A program made the position numbers and the translations under genes. The notes beneath the pieces were generated by a model, which saw nothing but the letters and a program-made list of their open reading frames with translations, was not told the DNA's origin and did not search any database. A stretch of DNA of 49,546 bases, filler included, from Catajapyx aquilonaris (lineage: Eukaryota): the NCBI GenBank assembly GCA_000934665.2. It is 3 parts of 3 records of this genome, joined end to end, with 100 filler letters (N's around TTAATTAATTAA, not from the genome) between each part and the next. Parts side by side here need not be neighbours in the genome. Positions count along the whole stretch, not along the records: positions 1 to 16,487 come from JYFJ02007184.1; 2 more parts are not named here. One strand, written 5' to 3'. Below, one piece after another: positions 1 through 13,626 of this stretch; within the stretch, counting starts at the first letter, position 1, and each line of letters opens with the position of its first letter.

Positions 1-2751
1 ATCGGGGTGGTATACGTAACGCTGACTGTGAGTACAGACCCCACTGCACCGTTGCTTTGTGGGCCTATCCTTTTCAAGAGTATCGGTTATGCAGTCCTCT
101 GCCTTCGGGGTTAAATCAGTAATAATATTCCTGATAGGATAATTATGGTGGTGGAGGAGGAGGAGCCTAACACTCTGAGTCACTACATGCTGAGATCTGA
201 GACAGTATGCGTATAGACAATGCGTCGGTGACGCGTGTCATCGTTGTTATCACCATCTCCGCCATTCTCTTTAATGTCCAAGTTCTCATCATTACCTGGG
301 CGACCTTTGTCTCGGGGTGTCACTGACCAGGACCTGATCATAATTCATTATCATCCCTCCTCCCCTCTCATTCACCTCATCACGTAATAAGCTACGTGTA
401 CTACAAATGCGATGGTTGTGATGCGGCTGGTGTTGAAGGGCAATAACTATATAGCTATTACGGCATGTGATGGTGACTCTCTCGATCGCAGATAGATCCA
501 ATTCACACATCGCCATGCTTCTTCTCTGAGACCAGCCAACACCACGGGAACATCCAAGAACAGCTGCACTGCGGAATCAGTGAAGCTGCTACGATAATAA
601 TACTGCGTAATATTATTGCAGGCCTGGTGGATGCCCGTGATTGCCGTTGTTCGACGCTTCCTTTTCCGCTTTCCTTTGAACCTGTCCATCGTTCTGTGAC
701 CATTCCTTACTGTCTTCCTCTAGCAGCGTGTACAGTACATACAACGAGTCTCGCACAATGCACGAGATTCTGCTACTATTTATGCGGTAGAGTGGGGGAG
801 GCATTTTTCTCTCGCTCCGTGGAGCCCAGTCTTCTGTCGCGGTCATCGACGACTCCCCTCTTCCATGAAAATAAATAATTATTAATCGTCCCAGTTGAGG
901 TCAATTGTCGTCCATGGGCTTGGTCCATTTAACAGTATTCTATTTTATCCTCTGATGTCAATATATTATTCCTTATTTTCGTAAGAAGGGAGATGGCCTG
1001 ATGCCTGCTTTCATCTGACCAAGGCTCCATGTGTAAATCCAAGGTTGTGGCAGGCAGGGAGGTTCATCTGCACATTGCTTTAATATTTAATTAAATTTAA
1101 TATAAAGGCGGCAAAGCCAAGCAACTCCAAGGAAAACGCGACCCTGTCGCAATTTGGAAATTGAGGTCCTTTCTGGGAAGGTAGACCTGCAATATATATC
1201 CGGAGCGTCAAGTGCAGCAGAGTAACATCACTGCATAGAGACTTGTTTTGAATATGTTATTTGAATATGTTATTGCATAATAATAATAATAATCGATGCA
1301 CGTTGAACTTAGACTGGTTGCAGCACCTGCGGTAATATTACTCAAGAGTTAAGCCACAGCAGTACGTTTGGAATGCGACGAAGTAGGTGGTACTTGAGGC
1401 CTGGTCCTGGAGTCAGGATCTTCTGAACATGAATAAATATCCTGTGTGGTCAGCAGGCCAGCGCGGGGTCGAGCGGTCACTGTAGCGTATCAGTCCTCCG
1501 CAGGTTGCAGGTGACTGCGCACCGTTATACATCCCATGTTATAATATTTATCACCAGCCAGAAGCAATAATAACTTGTATAGTACCGCGCTCACGTCGCG
1601 TCGGCATGAATGTGCTGGTGTGTCCATCTGAAAGCGAAACTGCTCATGACAGAATGATGTGTCCGACGGCTATGCCCTTCTTCGTAAGAGGGCTTTTCTA
1701 TGTCCAAGGTGGGCGATACGAAGATCGGCGACTGGATCAGTCATTCTCTGCAGCCCTTGTAGTCCTAATATTCAAGCTCCATCAGTGCAGATAATTATGG
1801 CATGAAGGTTCGGGCTTTATTCCACCATTTCGGAGTGTTTCGACATTTTTATCGTGTCACTTGTGCATGGACTTGATTTACATTGCTCAGCACGCAGAGG
1901 CAATATTAATCCATCAGCTCTCCCCTGACTCCAATGATGCTGGTACCGTCCAACCGTCGTCTTGGACCACCGAGAACTGAGAAGCACCATGCACATAATT
2001 ATATGGTGTAAATTGTAGCAATATGTACACCTATCCAAATATGCGTTGGTGGCCGTCACTATATTAAGCAACAGCAGGCACCCCTGCATGCCGTTGTACA
2101 GTATATTGCACAGGTGCAAGATATACAGTGTGTCAGGTTACAAAAATAATGTTAAACAGTCCACATATCAATAGGTTCCTTGCTGGAGTGGTTATCTCAC
2201 GAGCGTGTGTCTGTGCATCATAATTACTGTGCTTATTATTCCGAAGGCCTTCCCTACATTCCTTAACCGTTCTTCCTTGGCTCTAGAGAGGCACCGAACG
2301 AAGCAAATCTTCCTCCACCACATCATAACTGATGACTCAAATCGCTGTTTGAACACGCTGACGGACTGGGCATTGGAGGCACATGCGACTGGAAACAACA
2401 GAGATGAAGAGAATGCGTCTATAATTTAATTATATAGTCCCGAGCACTATGTATTCACAACAAGTAACTTCTTCGCTGGAAGTGTATACGAGAATAATGT
2501 TGCGTTCAGCGTACACTACAAATATGATATTCCGAGCACATTATGTATAGTACTATAGTACTCTTTACAGACTAATTCCAGATTAATTCGGCGAAATTAA
2601 ATTATGCCTGGCCGATTAGTATGATTGTTTTTAACGGAAGGTTTAGAGAGGAATGACCTAGCCAGTGATGGCCCGCCTCACATCCATCTATTTTAAACAG
2701 TAGCTCAGCATCATCACATCTGCCCCGAGGAGGAGTCCATTCCTGAGTCCC

Positions 2752-2778
2752 CGGCAACGGCAACGGCAACGGCAACGG
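2752..2778 (+). repeat. (GGCAAC)n hexanucleotide tandem repeat
   Basis: About 4.5 copies of ggcaac read directly. Confidence 0.8.
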
Positions 2779-3394
2779 CCTCGACGGCCTCGATGTCTGA
2801 TGATGGGTGCAAGCCCATGTTCTCTGGCCTCGGGTCCGGCCGGTTGCTAACAGGCCCTTTTTAGCTTGCTTTGCTTCGTCTGTTATGAGCACAAGTCTCA
2901 AGAGTGCGCGGACCTTCTCAAGCGCCGTTGCATTTCCCTCGAATAGTCGGCAATATTATGAATCTTGGAAAATTATTTTCCAGGAATGGATCCGTTTCCT
3001 TCATGCAGTTGATCGCATCGTGGTCGTCCTATGTGTTGTACGAGAGGTGTCTGTCTTCTGTAGGTTGGGACAGACGGTGCGAGGCTATACAGAGATTAAC
3101 CCGTTTTAACCTGCTTCCTCTCATAAACCCAACCGACTCCTGTGCAGATTATTTCCTGGAGGTTATCAGGATTTACGATTCGTACATTGGGAATTGAGAC
3201 GCTACCATGACATGTCAATACCCCCCCCCCNCCCCCCCCCCCCCCTTCCGTCCAAATCCTGCGGCGGAACAGTGATGCATGCGGTGCCTTCACCTGGACA
3301 CATGTTCTTCCATTAGCAATGGCATATTCGTGCTTGGTAAGTGCCACATTGCGCACTTTGTCTACGCCGCGGTACAGCGTAGTGCCTGTGGAAG

Positions 3395-3530
3395 TTGGTC
3401 ACCTCTGGCTTCGTCTCGGGTGGTATTTCCCGGGGGAGTTCACTAAAAATGGCCACGTATAAGGACATTGCACTGCACCTTGCACATTCCCTCCTGTCAT
3501 CCTACCCGTGGGCCCGGGCGTTACGTGAGA
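3395..3530 (+). mobile_element. 5'-truncated copy of tRNA-derived SINE family A
   Basis: Reverse-complement similarity to 42236-42385 and 12861-13010 (shared gcccgggcgttac, cttgcacat(t)ccct, ctggcttcgt(c/t)tcgggtgg). Confidence 0.75.
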
Positions 3531-6500
3531 TGGTTTCCGTCACCGGGATGGGGATCGTATGCCGTTATTATCACCCCACCTGTATCGGGATACGCAACGT
3601 ATAGGGAGTGGGTGGACGATAGCGGGAGGGACAGCCGGACCAATCACCGCTTCGGTTTTGCTTCTTCGGGGCCCACGGAGTATCGCTTCGTAACATACGA
3701 TAAGGCGCACTGACACTCTCTACTAAATCAATCGCGAACGCGTCACAGGCTCGTCGAGTGTTGCAAACTTACGTAGTTCTCGACGCCGTCCTATGTAGTG
3801 TAAATCTGCTGGCCGATTTTCGGAATAGAAGAAGAGAGTGTAATCTGCGAAGGGGGCAGCCTACTCTTTTATAATTATATGTAATTATAAAACTTCAAAC
3901 CTGGGCTCAGAATAATATACCTGTTCCTCAACATTATACCCTATACACTCTTGAGGAAGACCGTTCAGGCGCATGTTTGTCGATAATAACGGTTCTGTAA
4001 TAAATTAAACGCAGATCAGTTGGCACCTTGTCACATCAGTACACGCCTTGTTCTCTTGAAGTCACGCATTCTTAACGTTTCGAGATAGGAAAACTGCTGA
4101 TGGCAGACCTTTTGCTTCATGCCGTCGTCCATGTCGAGTGTTGGGGCAATGTTGTACTTAAAGCCAATAATACCAATAATGAGCTCTGAGATGACGGTTT
4201 ATATAAACGGTGTATCTTACAGTTTTCCAACAAGTCTTAAATCGACTGCTTTAATCCCCTCATTACATCCTTAAAACTTCAGTAATCATGGCTACGCTAT
4301 TATAAAAATAATCATAATGACTGACGATTATTATGATGATTTTTCGTGACGTGCAATAGAATAGGCTAGAAAAGCAGCTTGGCAGAGCAGTTTTTATTCG
4401 CCGAGTCACTACACCATAACTCAGTGTCTTGTGACATCCTTTTCATTGGTTTTTCAGGACTTGGTACTCCTTGTACTACTGTATAGCTCTTTGTCGTGAC
4501 AGAATTTCCCGAAACATGATACGCTAATGACTCCAGAGTATACTCCCTTCAGACACAAATGTCCGGAAATAAATATAAAGACACAAATGAACAGTGATGC
4601 TGCTGCACTCTTCGGCGACCTTGATTTTGGAGTAGAATGTTGCGAGTTGTACATGGTCTTTAGATGCCTTCAAACCCAACTGGCAAGGCTCGCCCAAGCG
4701 GGAGGATGTAAGGTAATAATCGGAGGGAGACAAAGGGAGATGCCACGTGTGATGGTTTGGCCGGGTTTGGCCCAGGAGATTAGTAGTTTTGACTAGACCC
4801 CCAAAGATTACATAAAAAAGTATTAAATACTTTTATTTCGCAAGTTGAAAGTTCGATATTAATGCTTATCAGTGATTGCGCGTTCCATTCTATAGTGTAG
4901 CAAGTGATTCTCGTGCCTGTGCCTGTGCTCAGTGCCTGTGGGGTTTTTTGTTTTCTTCTTTTCCAACGCTCCCTCGTATGGTGTCCAACAGACGCAGACT
5001 GTAGCCTACTGTATAGAAACTGCGAGTGAACTGATGCCAGCAGTGTGTTTTCCAAGATATAGTTCCGTGCACAACTGCTCTCAACACACTGGAGCTGGCC
5101 AGTATAGACACCAGCCCAACAATATATTATTAATACACACTGTTCACAATATTAACACTACACCAAGGACAGGTCTAATCAGGGGTTCTAACAATTGGAT
5201 CAAGGTTCGAGAGCTACCTTATGAAATAACGATGGTAATAATGTGGGTGAGTGAGGTGATAAACAAAATAATACAGATTACACTGTACACAAAATTACAC
5301 GTGTCTTCTTCTTCCCTGGGTTTACACATTTATCGCGTATTGTGCCGTGCATGGTGAGTACATTGACTACGCACATCGTGCCAATGCCCGCGTCACTTGA
5401 CAGTTTCCAAAAATCTCGTTTGTGATCTAATACTTCAAGCCATTCTGGACACTATATGTCACTCACGAAAAGTCACGAACTAACTCCCTTTATCACATAA
5501 AAAATTAGTCCCAATTTGTTTTGACTTGACCGCGTACATTCATATACTACTTACAGTACCGAGATAGTTAAGGAACTGAGGTACAGTACCTATATTTTCT
5601 AAGGTTTTCTTGACCTTCACTTCGATACGCTGCTGATGGTGGAACTTGGTGGTGGTTGCTTGGGTCAACAGCACTCTTGTCTGCATTGTAGTACTACACA
5701 TCCCGGGCAGCTCCCATCCTTGGGTCTTGCACCATCCGGAACAATAATGAGATGATTGATTAGCTAAAATCTGTCCATAGCCATCATAATGAATCGCACT
5801 GTCTGTCGCTCTGCTCGTTATGAGTTGATGCACGTTATATGGCTCGTGGTAAAAGTGGCAAAAGGAAGGATTTAGAAAAGGCTAAAAAAGAGCACAACTA
5901 ACTGCTGGCTCGTGCAAGCGACCAAAATATTAGAAATCAATTAAAATAAATTCACATTCTTGTCCATATAATTAGATTGGTCGTGGCGGATAAAAAGGGA
6001 GGAAATAAGAGAGAAAATGGTAGCGGAGGTGTTAGATTTTCGTACGGAGCAGAGGGAGGATCCATGACAATAACAAATACTGTTGTGCTGCAGCTCAGCA
6101 TTTTATCCCCAATCGAATTTCCCATCGAATTGCTCGTATAATGCATCGTATGTATAGTGTTTAAGAACGGCTCAGGAGAATACCGAGGGGTGAAGGCGCA
6201 TACCGTCGCATACCGTGATCACTTTTGGTGTATGATGCCTGTATGAATCGTGCTGGATCGTGAATGTCACCAAGGCGCCCAACCAACCATGTATAGGCCT
6301 ATACAGTAGGCCTACTTTATATTGAGGCGTGTGACAGACCATCACAAGCACTTAATTGGAGGCTGAACTGATGATCATGTTCTAACTGCTCCTTGAGGAG
6401 TAAAAGGAAGGAGGTTAATATTATTTTGTATCATCGTGAAACAATACTGATCTTACAACATGGACAGTCATGTCCCTTGACGAGTCGTATATTAGTGAAG

Positions 6501-6700
6501 GTAATTACAGTATAATAATATCGTAAGTAATGAGACCAATGTATTTAAATATTTATTTGACATTACTTTTCATACTGCATAATTCAATACATGTGGTATG
6601 AATGGTATTGATATCGTACATATCACATTATCTTACATTATCACGATTTCATTCTTCCTGAGCAGTCTGGTCATCAACGATGCTCTTTTGTCATTCCCTG

Positions 6701-6789
6701 CAACAACAACAACAACAACAACGACGACGACGACGACAACGATGATGATGATAATAATAATAATAATAATAATAATAGTAATAATAATC
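6701..6789 (+). repeat. Compound trinucleotide microsatellite (ACA/ACG/ATG/ATA)
   Basis: Read directly; explains the poly-T/M/I and poly-V ORFs. Confidence 0.9.
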
Positions 6790-8885
6790 AGCGTTTCAAC
6801 AGACACTTCATGCAAGTCGCATAATAATAAAGTTCCTTATAAATGGAGTACTTGGGAATAATTGGAAGAAAGAAAGGCTTGGGGCCTTTCTTCCATTCCC
6901 AAGTGCCCGCTGGTCAGCATATTTATGGTTGAAACGAGTGATGGTTCGTTGTCATGCATATGACCAATAATAATAAGAGGACGGAATAATGAGAATCAAT
7001 AGTCGCCCAATCAGAGGGGATTGGGGATGAGGGAGCAGGATGCTGGGGTTCTATGATGGGAGCATTGTCCCGATTTGCATGTTATGAGCACAGTTTCCTG
7101 CAAGCTAGTGAGAGGTCAGGCGATACAAACCTTGTCTGTCCAAATCCTGTAAGGGACTAATCACGGCACCATCACCTCCATCCACCCCCTTATGACCATC
7201 ACGATGGGCGGAAGAAAGTTCAATTCCAATTTCCAATGATAGCTTACATCACACTATATACCAGCACTGACACGAGTGTGGTCTCTCGGGTGATGCCGTA
7301 CTATTGGACAAGGCTGACGGATCCGTATTTTGTCCGGAGAATCCTTTTGTCCCATAGTCTCAACCTCTGTCTCATATCTCCTGGAACGACACGCCTGGTA
7401 TATATATATATATATATATATATAGGTATACGGCTAAATAAGTATAGACAGCAACCTGCTGGTTCCCGTCCTCAAAGTTGCAGAGAAATTATTGCCGCGT
7501 GCGCACATATAGATTCAAGAAGCATACGTGCCTCCTCCGAAATCTATCAATTTCACGCCTGATGGTACTGGCAGTTAAGGCATTCTCATGTGCATCACAC
7601 ATTGCAAAATTTTGTTTATCTATAGAAATTATTGCAAAATAATGTTTTTACTCATCAGGAATTATTGGTCAATTTCACTTGTCGTCAGATTAGATGCAAA
7701 GGACATCATGTAACAAGCTTGATGTGAAGGTTGTGTCCTGCTATATAGATGCAAGTCTCTGTTGAGTGGATGACGACCACCACGATTCCTCTGATATGTT
7801 ATTATTGTCATTATTATGAGCTGGGAGAGACGTCCTCATATTCCATCGCTCTGATTCCGCAGTTATGCATACAGTATACGTATTCACAAACTGCCAAACG
7901 ATGCACAGGGAAAGAGTGTTGTATATTATTGTACTTGTCGTCGTTGACAGAGAAATTGCAATCCAGTGGCATAACTCCTTTCATTATTATACCGGCCCTC
8001 TTCATATTCATGCAGATGGATTGGTTCATACCATGATTTGCGTGATGTGGAGTTTATAAAATACGTGCCATACGGTACATTTTAAGTCCAGATGCAATTT
8101 GACACAACATTTGTGTCCAATTCACGTTACAGTAGAAAGTGTATTTCTGCAACATTTTTTGTGTGCAAATGTACACAAATGTTCCTGAGAATATCCCTTC
8201 CCGAATACCAAATAATATATTGCCATGCAAAATAACCACTCTTCGCGCCTTTCGGTATGAGAAACTTGCAGCGCGGCCCTATAGGAACAATTTTTTATTG
8301 TTGTCCCTCTTCATTTTGCTACTAAAAATGACAACGAGAGCTATACGCAGCTGTCCATTCCACACGTCAATCCTCTTCTATCCCTTCCTCCAATGGACGC
8401 AAAGGTCGCCTGATGGAATTCAGTCTCATTGCGCCAACCTGCTCAATGTACCGTACATGTGATACTGATTTGTTTTGGCGCTTCCTGGGAACATCGTACA
8501 TTTGTCGTCTGAATCCGTCTCAGTGTCAGTCCGAGTCTGATTACGATTGACCTGATTCAGAAATATTTGCAAGTCAAGTTCTGTTCACCTCTTGCTTGCT
8601 ATCTGTCCATCATGATAGATTGTATATATACAGGCTATGGCCGGGTATGGTGTTGGCGCAGTTGATCCTCTTCACGTCTGGTAGGTCGGATGAGGTAGGA
8701 TTACAATCTTCCTCTATTTCCGTGGAGCATTTTTCTTGCTCCAGCATCGACGACAACTATATCGTCTATAGGCTACTAACTCTACTGAGAGATGGACAAT
8801 CCAGAAGTGCAGCATGATGCATCACAGATCGGTCATGCAGATCGGTCGGCGCCTGGAAGTTTTGCGCAATCTTTTCCCAACTAAT

Positions 8886-9541
8886 ATTATCACAAAAAAC
8901 AATCCCCATGGAATTGTAAAAAAAAGGGAAGTAAGATCTAAGTGACGGATAGAAATTACTGAAACAAGACTGGGCTACGTAAGATCTTCACCATATGGGT
9001 AAATGTAACCCAGAGATATTACTTCCGCATTTAACGTTTCACAAGATGGTGTTGATCAAGTCATCTTTGTGCTGGGTGTTAGTATTAGTGATTGCAGGGC
9101 TGAGATTAGTATTCCCAAGGGTTTATAGGCTGGTTTTTTGAACGATAATTGGTTAAATAGTACTTATGACTTGCTAACAGTAAGTGATTACTTGTCTGGT
9201 TGGTTGGAGATTCGTTGTTCGGAGGGTTGATTTTTTCTTTGTTGTTCCATTGATTAAATGAGGTGCTGGTTGGTTGATTGATTTATTGGTTAATCGATTA
9301 GTTGGGGGGCTAAGATGTTAATTGGTTAACAGAATGGTTTATTAGACTCTGGATCTTTTAGACAATTTTTAACCTGACATCTTGTAAAACGTTAAATGCG
9401 GAAGTAAGATCTCTGGGTTACATTTACCCATATGGTGAAGATCTTACGCAGCCCAGTCTTGTTTCAGTAATTTCTATCCGTCACTTAGATCTTACTTCCC
9501 CTTTTTTTTACAATTCCATGGGGATTGTTTTTTGTGATAAT
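8886..9541. mobile_element. Fold-back/MITE-like element with ~160-bp terminal inverted repeats
   Basis: 8886-9049 (attatcacaaaaaacaatcccc...cacaagatg) is the near-exact reverse complement of 9378-9541; the spacer is non-coding and T-rich. Confidence 0.85.
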
Positions 9542-9736
9542 TGCAGTTATTTTTTGACAAAGCAATATGAATAAGTAGTTATACTCATTAATGTATTCAT
9601 GTTTAGAAGAGATGCAAATTGCGTTCGTTGTGTATGATGTAAAAAAAATTATAATGTTTTGAAAATGGGAATAAATAATTTGCTTACGTATCACATATTT
9701 TATTTGGAAACTAAGAAGGATGGGTTGTCTCAGCCT

Positions 9737-11475
9737 TCAGAGAGGTAGGAGAAATATGCAGACTGCGTCCCTAATCATTCTCCTCGGATCCGAAGTAGTG
9801 GTCATCTGCTGGTCGTTAAAGTGTATAGCCAACTACCTTCACCCTTCACTAAAGCAGTGTAGTGGTTGTAATTCATTGAGACTCCATGGTGTAATAGGAT
9901 TGCACTGCTTTTGAATTGCTTGAATCCAATTGATATATGGTCACTTAGGTCGAAATCTGTTATGCTGGCGTCCGACCTTTCCCCTCCACTTTCATCGTGA
10001 CGTTCAAGGTGCAGGATGAGGCAACCTTGTACGTTACTTAAAATGCAGTTCTTGGCAGCTACCCCAGTGCACTTACAAGACGGGCATGGTACTCCTTCGT
10101 CCCTCTGCTGCAACAGGACGAAGAGAGACACACTCTCTCGGCACGATCAGAGAGAGATACCGCCGAGTTTCCTCTGCCCCTTCCCATCGGGCGTGGCAGA
10201 AGGAACACTCATATTCATCGTGGCATCGGTGAGTGCCCCAGTCTCTTAGGTGTACAGGCAAATCTTCGAACAGGAATTCGATGAACTCTAAAGAGTCTTG
10301 CTGTTTCTCCCCGTCGAATCCTCTACCCAGAGCTCTTCTGACCCCGAATGACGAGGGAGCGACGACGTCATTAGTGGCCGGTGCCGTTGTGTTGGATACT
10401 CTCCTCTTCGCAGGGGGACGCTGAGAAGGTCGGTGTTGTGCGAGAGCTGATTTTAGGGCCCTTAAAACGCTGCTGCTTCCCTTCGAGGCCGAGATTCTTG
10501 TCCTGAGGTCTGGCTGCGCGAAGAGACATACCAAGGCAGCGTTGGCATAGCAAGAAACATTTTGACTAAGGATTGTCGAACCCCCTAAGTGATATTTCTG
10601 ATGCGGAGGAGACTGCATGTGGCCGCTTCGTTGTTTTCCTGGGTAAGAGCAATGGAGGAGAGCAATGGAGTCTATTGTGTTCCCTCACACAGCTCACGTC
10701 GGCCTTGATGCAGCGTTCATCTAGGCGAAGGATGTATAGTCTGTCCAGCGCCTGGACTCTCGAGAGCGCGACGTACGCCATTCCTCTTGCGAACACGGAC
10801 TTGCTGAGGTCCACCAAAGCGGAATCCAGAGTGAGTCCCTGAGATTTTGTGGATGGTGATGGCGTATGCTAGTATCAGTGGAAACTGTTTCCTCTCGCGT
10901 ATATGTTGGAGCCGAGCTCGAACTTTACAACACATCTGCAGATCGACTTTTCGTCGTTTGGGATGTTGTCAAAGTTGATCTTGACTGACGAGATGCGGCG
11001 GTTATTCTCCATCCTCCAGCCAGACACGGTGCCCATTGCGCCGTTCACCAGTCCTTCCTGCACGTCGATGTTGCGTCGCACCATGACGCGGCATCCAACT
11101 CCCAGGATGAGGACAGTCTCGAGGCCGGCCGTACGCGAGGCGTCCTCTCGCAGTAGGTGCTTGCTTCCCCTCTTCCAGCCAGCCTTGTTGCCTGCTGTGA
11201 GCTTGATTGTCCTCTGCCTCCAGAAGGACAGTATCCAGGCACGACGCACGAAGCATACGGTGGTTGAACTCGTGGCACATGTCGTTGGTTGGGAGGAGGC
11301 ACACGGGATTCAATCCTTCTGCCTTGCACCTGCTGTAGATGCTGACGCATGCTTCGTTGTTGTCTTTGGATGCCAGCGTGGTGCGGACCCCGCTTGCCAA
11401 GAGATGGAGGGTTGACTCGGAGACTATAGGCCCACTCGCACCTCGGCCAGAAGATGCTGGTAGACGGCCTGCTTC
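9737..11475 (-). pseudogene. Frameshifted PIF1-family helicase C-terminal half followed by a USP/peptidase C19 domain (Helitron-like element relic)
   Basis: PIF1 motifs across frames: YQHLLAEVRVG, CLLPTNDMCHEFNHRML, VMVRRNIDVQEGLVNG, QFPLILAYAITIHK, GMAYVALSRV. USP motifs: LRGFDNP/SQNVSCYANAALVCLF (Cys box), QQDSLEF, CxxC pairs, LILHLER, HHGVSMNYNHY (His box), WL-HFND (after removing a 2-nt insertion). Stop at 9737-9739. Several frameshifts, no introns. Confidence 0.85.
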
Positions 11476-12099
11476 TTATGAATAACCTCCTGATTCTTGT
11501 TATTGTATACCGAGTTTTTCGGCTCGACATACCGGACATGAATATGAGATGTCACATGATAGGAAGAAGTCACACGTTCCAATTCGCTAACTCAATTCGT
11601 AATGTCTGTTGAGGTTAATTTTTATGCTTCGGTCTCTATAGCAATCAGTTGTGTCAGTTCTAATAGAAACGAAATGGTGTGGGTTACGCGAGGTATTTGT
11701 TGATATGAGTTGCGTGGCAATTAGAAAATAAAATGAATTTAATTTAATTGATTTTTTATTTAATTTTTTAATTGGCTGTGAGATGAAATAGGCTAATTTG
11801 CGTAGAGGTTAGGGGGATAAGTTGGTGCAGTACGGAGGTATGTTCAAAACTTGAAGTCTCTGTGTGCAAGGATAAGGCCTGTAGAGCTCGGCACAAAATC
11901 GTCCCAACAAGGCAAAAAAAATAATTGTTGGAAAACTACCTGACGATCTTACTTATAGGGACTATCGTCCCTACAATATTATACAATGAAATCGTGCCAG
12001 CCCTCCTATAGCCCACGACGGACGGACGTAAACAAGCATATCAACACAAGCTCTGCAGATTTAGCACTATGCGAGAATTATTATTCGTGTTTTTATGGC

Positions 12100-12100
<1 letters not shown>

Positions 12101-12170
<70 letters not shown>
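12101..12170 (+). repeat. (TAT)n microsatellite
   Basis: Read directly. Confidence 0.95.
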
Positions 12171-12172
<2 letters not shown>

Positions 12173-12280
12173 GTAGACTACTGTGTGCCATGAAAAAGGC
12201 ACAAACTTCTTGGAAGTGGAAAAGAAAATAATGGTCAAGTTAAATTCTCTACAATCTTGCATCATTTCACTTTTCCTGTA

Positions 12281-13626
12281 TCTCTATCTCTATAAATAAG
12301 GAAGTTTGTCAGTTTGTCAATTTGTCAGTTTGTTTGTCCCTTATAGAAATCCGGGGGAAGGCCCCTACACCGCCTTAAATTAGCATATCGGGAGTTACAT
12401 TTTTCAAGGAATTTAATGCCGCATGTTTCAGCTTCCGAAAATGAACCTAACACCCATAACACGCAGCATATTCCCAATTAACCAATTGCCAATTACCTAT
12501 TTAACAATATTCATAGATTTCCATGGTAATGCCCTCATTACATTGTAGGCCTACCACCATAACTTACCCGGGCAACGCCGGGTAAGTTATGGTGGTAGGC
12601 CAGGGGAAGGCCCCTACACTGCCTTAAATTAGCATATCGGGGGTTACTTTTTCCAAGGAATCTAACGCCGCATGTTTCAGCTTCCGAAAATGTACCTAAC
12701 TCCCACAACACGAATATTCCTGCCTCAACAATTAGCTTACATCAATAGCAATAAATCAATTTGCATTCCCATGGAAATGCCTATCTTTTTTTAGCTATTT
12801 ACCTCCCTGCATCGTACCGCAGGGAGGGAACCTTTATTTTGTCTCGATGGAACCTTTTTGACGTAACGCCCGGGCCCACGGGCAGGGTGACTGGGAGGGG
12901 ATGTGCAAGGTGCAAGTGCAATTCTCAAGCGGTGTATTTTGTGAACTCCACCGGGTGGATTAGTCTGAGGAGATTCCACCCGAAACGAAGCCAGAGACGA
13001 CCCAACTCTGCACGGCATGAAGGAGGGAACCCCGGTCTGGCATCGAACCCGACGTTCCCGCAGCGCCATTTTATATTACTCCGTGTTGAAAACAAAATTT
13101 CCCATAATACATCTGTACGTACCCCCACGAGCATAAAGATGGAGACGGCAGCGGCAGGCCCTTTTTTGACCTTTCTTTATCCGACTCAAATTAATGAACT
13201 CTTTTTGGACCGAGTTAGCTGCTTCAGTCGTGTGTTCGTGTATTTATGTCAGTATATTTGATACCGTAATAGCTGAGACTGGCAGAGCAGCCTGCCGAAG
13301 GTGAAGGCTTGCCGTCTCCATCTTTATGCTCGCGGGTGTACATTTCTAAAGTTATCCAGAGCAAACATATGGAACGAGGTGGGGGTGTGAAGTGGGGTTG
13401 GGGGGGTGAGGGGGGGTCAAGGGGTCAAAAATGCAGGGGGAAAAACACATGGCTGTGCAGTCTTTTCCTGGGCCAACTCCATCCGCATTCCTCCTTTTAC
13501 ACATCCAATCAGAATATCCGTGTCGACTGTACGCTCTAAGACAAGCAGGTAATCTATCACAGATATGTACCCCTATATCTTTACCAGCACCCCAACATAC
13601 CCGGGCAACGCCGGGTAACCTGCTAG
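12281..13626 (+). mobile_element. Non-autonomous Helitron
   Basis: 5' A|TC (tctctatctctataaataag, then gtttgtca repeats). 3' hairpin cccgggcaacgccggg at ~13600-13615 followed by CTAG|T (13623-13627). Internal duplication of ~12354-12462 at ~12603-12711. Confidence 0.75.
12861..13067 (-). mobile_element. SINE family A copy nested in the Helitron
   Basis: Colinear similarity to 42236-42479; B-box-like gggttcgatgcc on the minus strand near 13040-13050. Confidence 0.75.

Noticed and set aside
290..3070. Exon-like GC-richer patches and short ORFs on the minus strand
   Set aside because: Could not build a phase-consistent model or recognise a domain; may be a decayed gene.
4380..5833. Fragments vaguely like fibronectin type III repeats (GTISWK...GYSL; VQGVPSP)
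   Set aside because: Split over frames with stops; similarity too weak to support.
6598..6861. Poly-Thr/Ile/Val/Leu ORFs here and at 11986-12265, 23456-23794, 28780-28995
   Set aside because: Translations of stop-free microsatellites.
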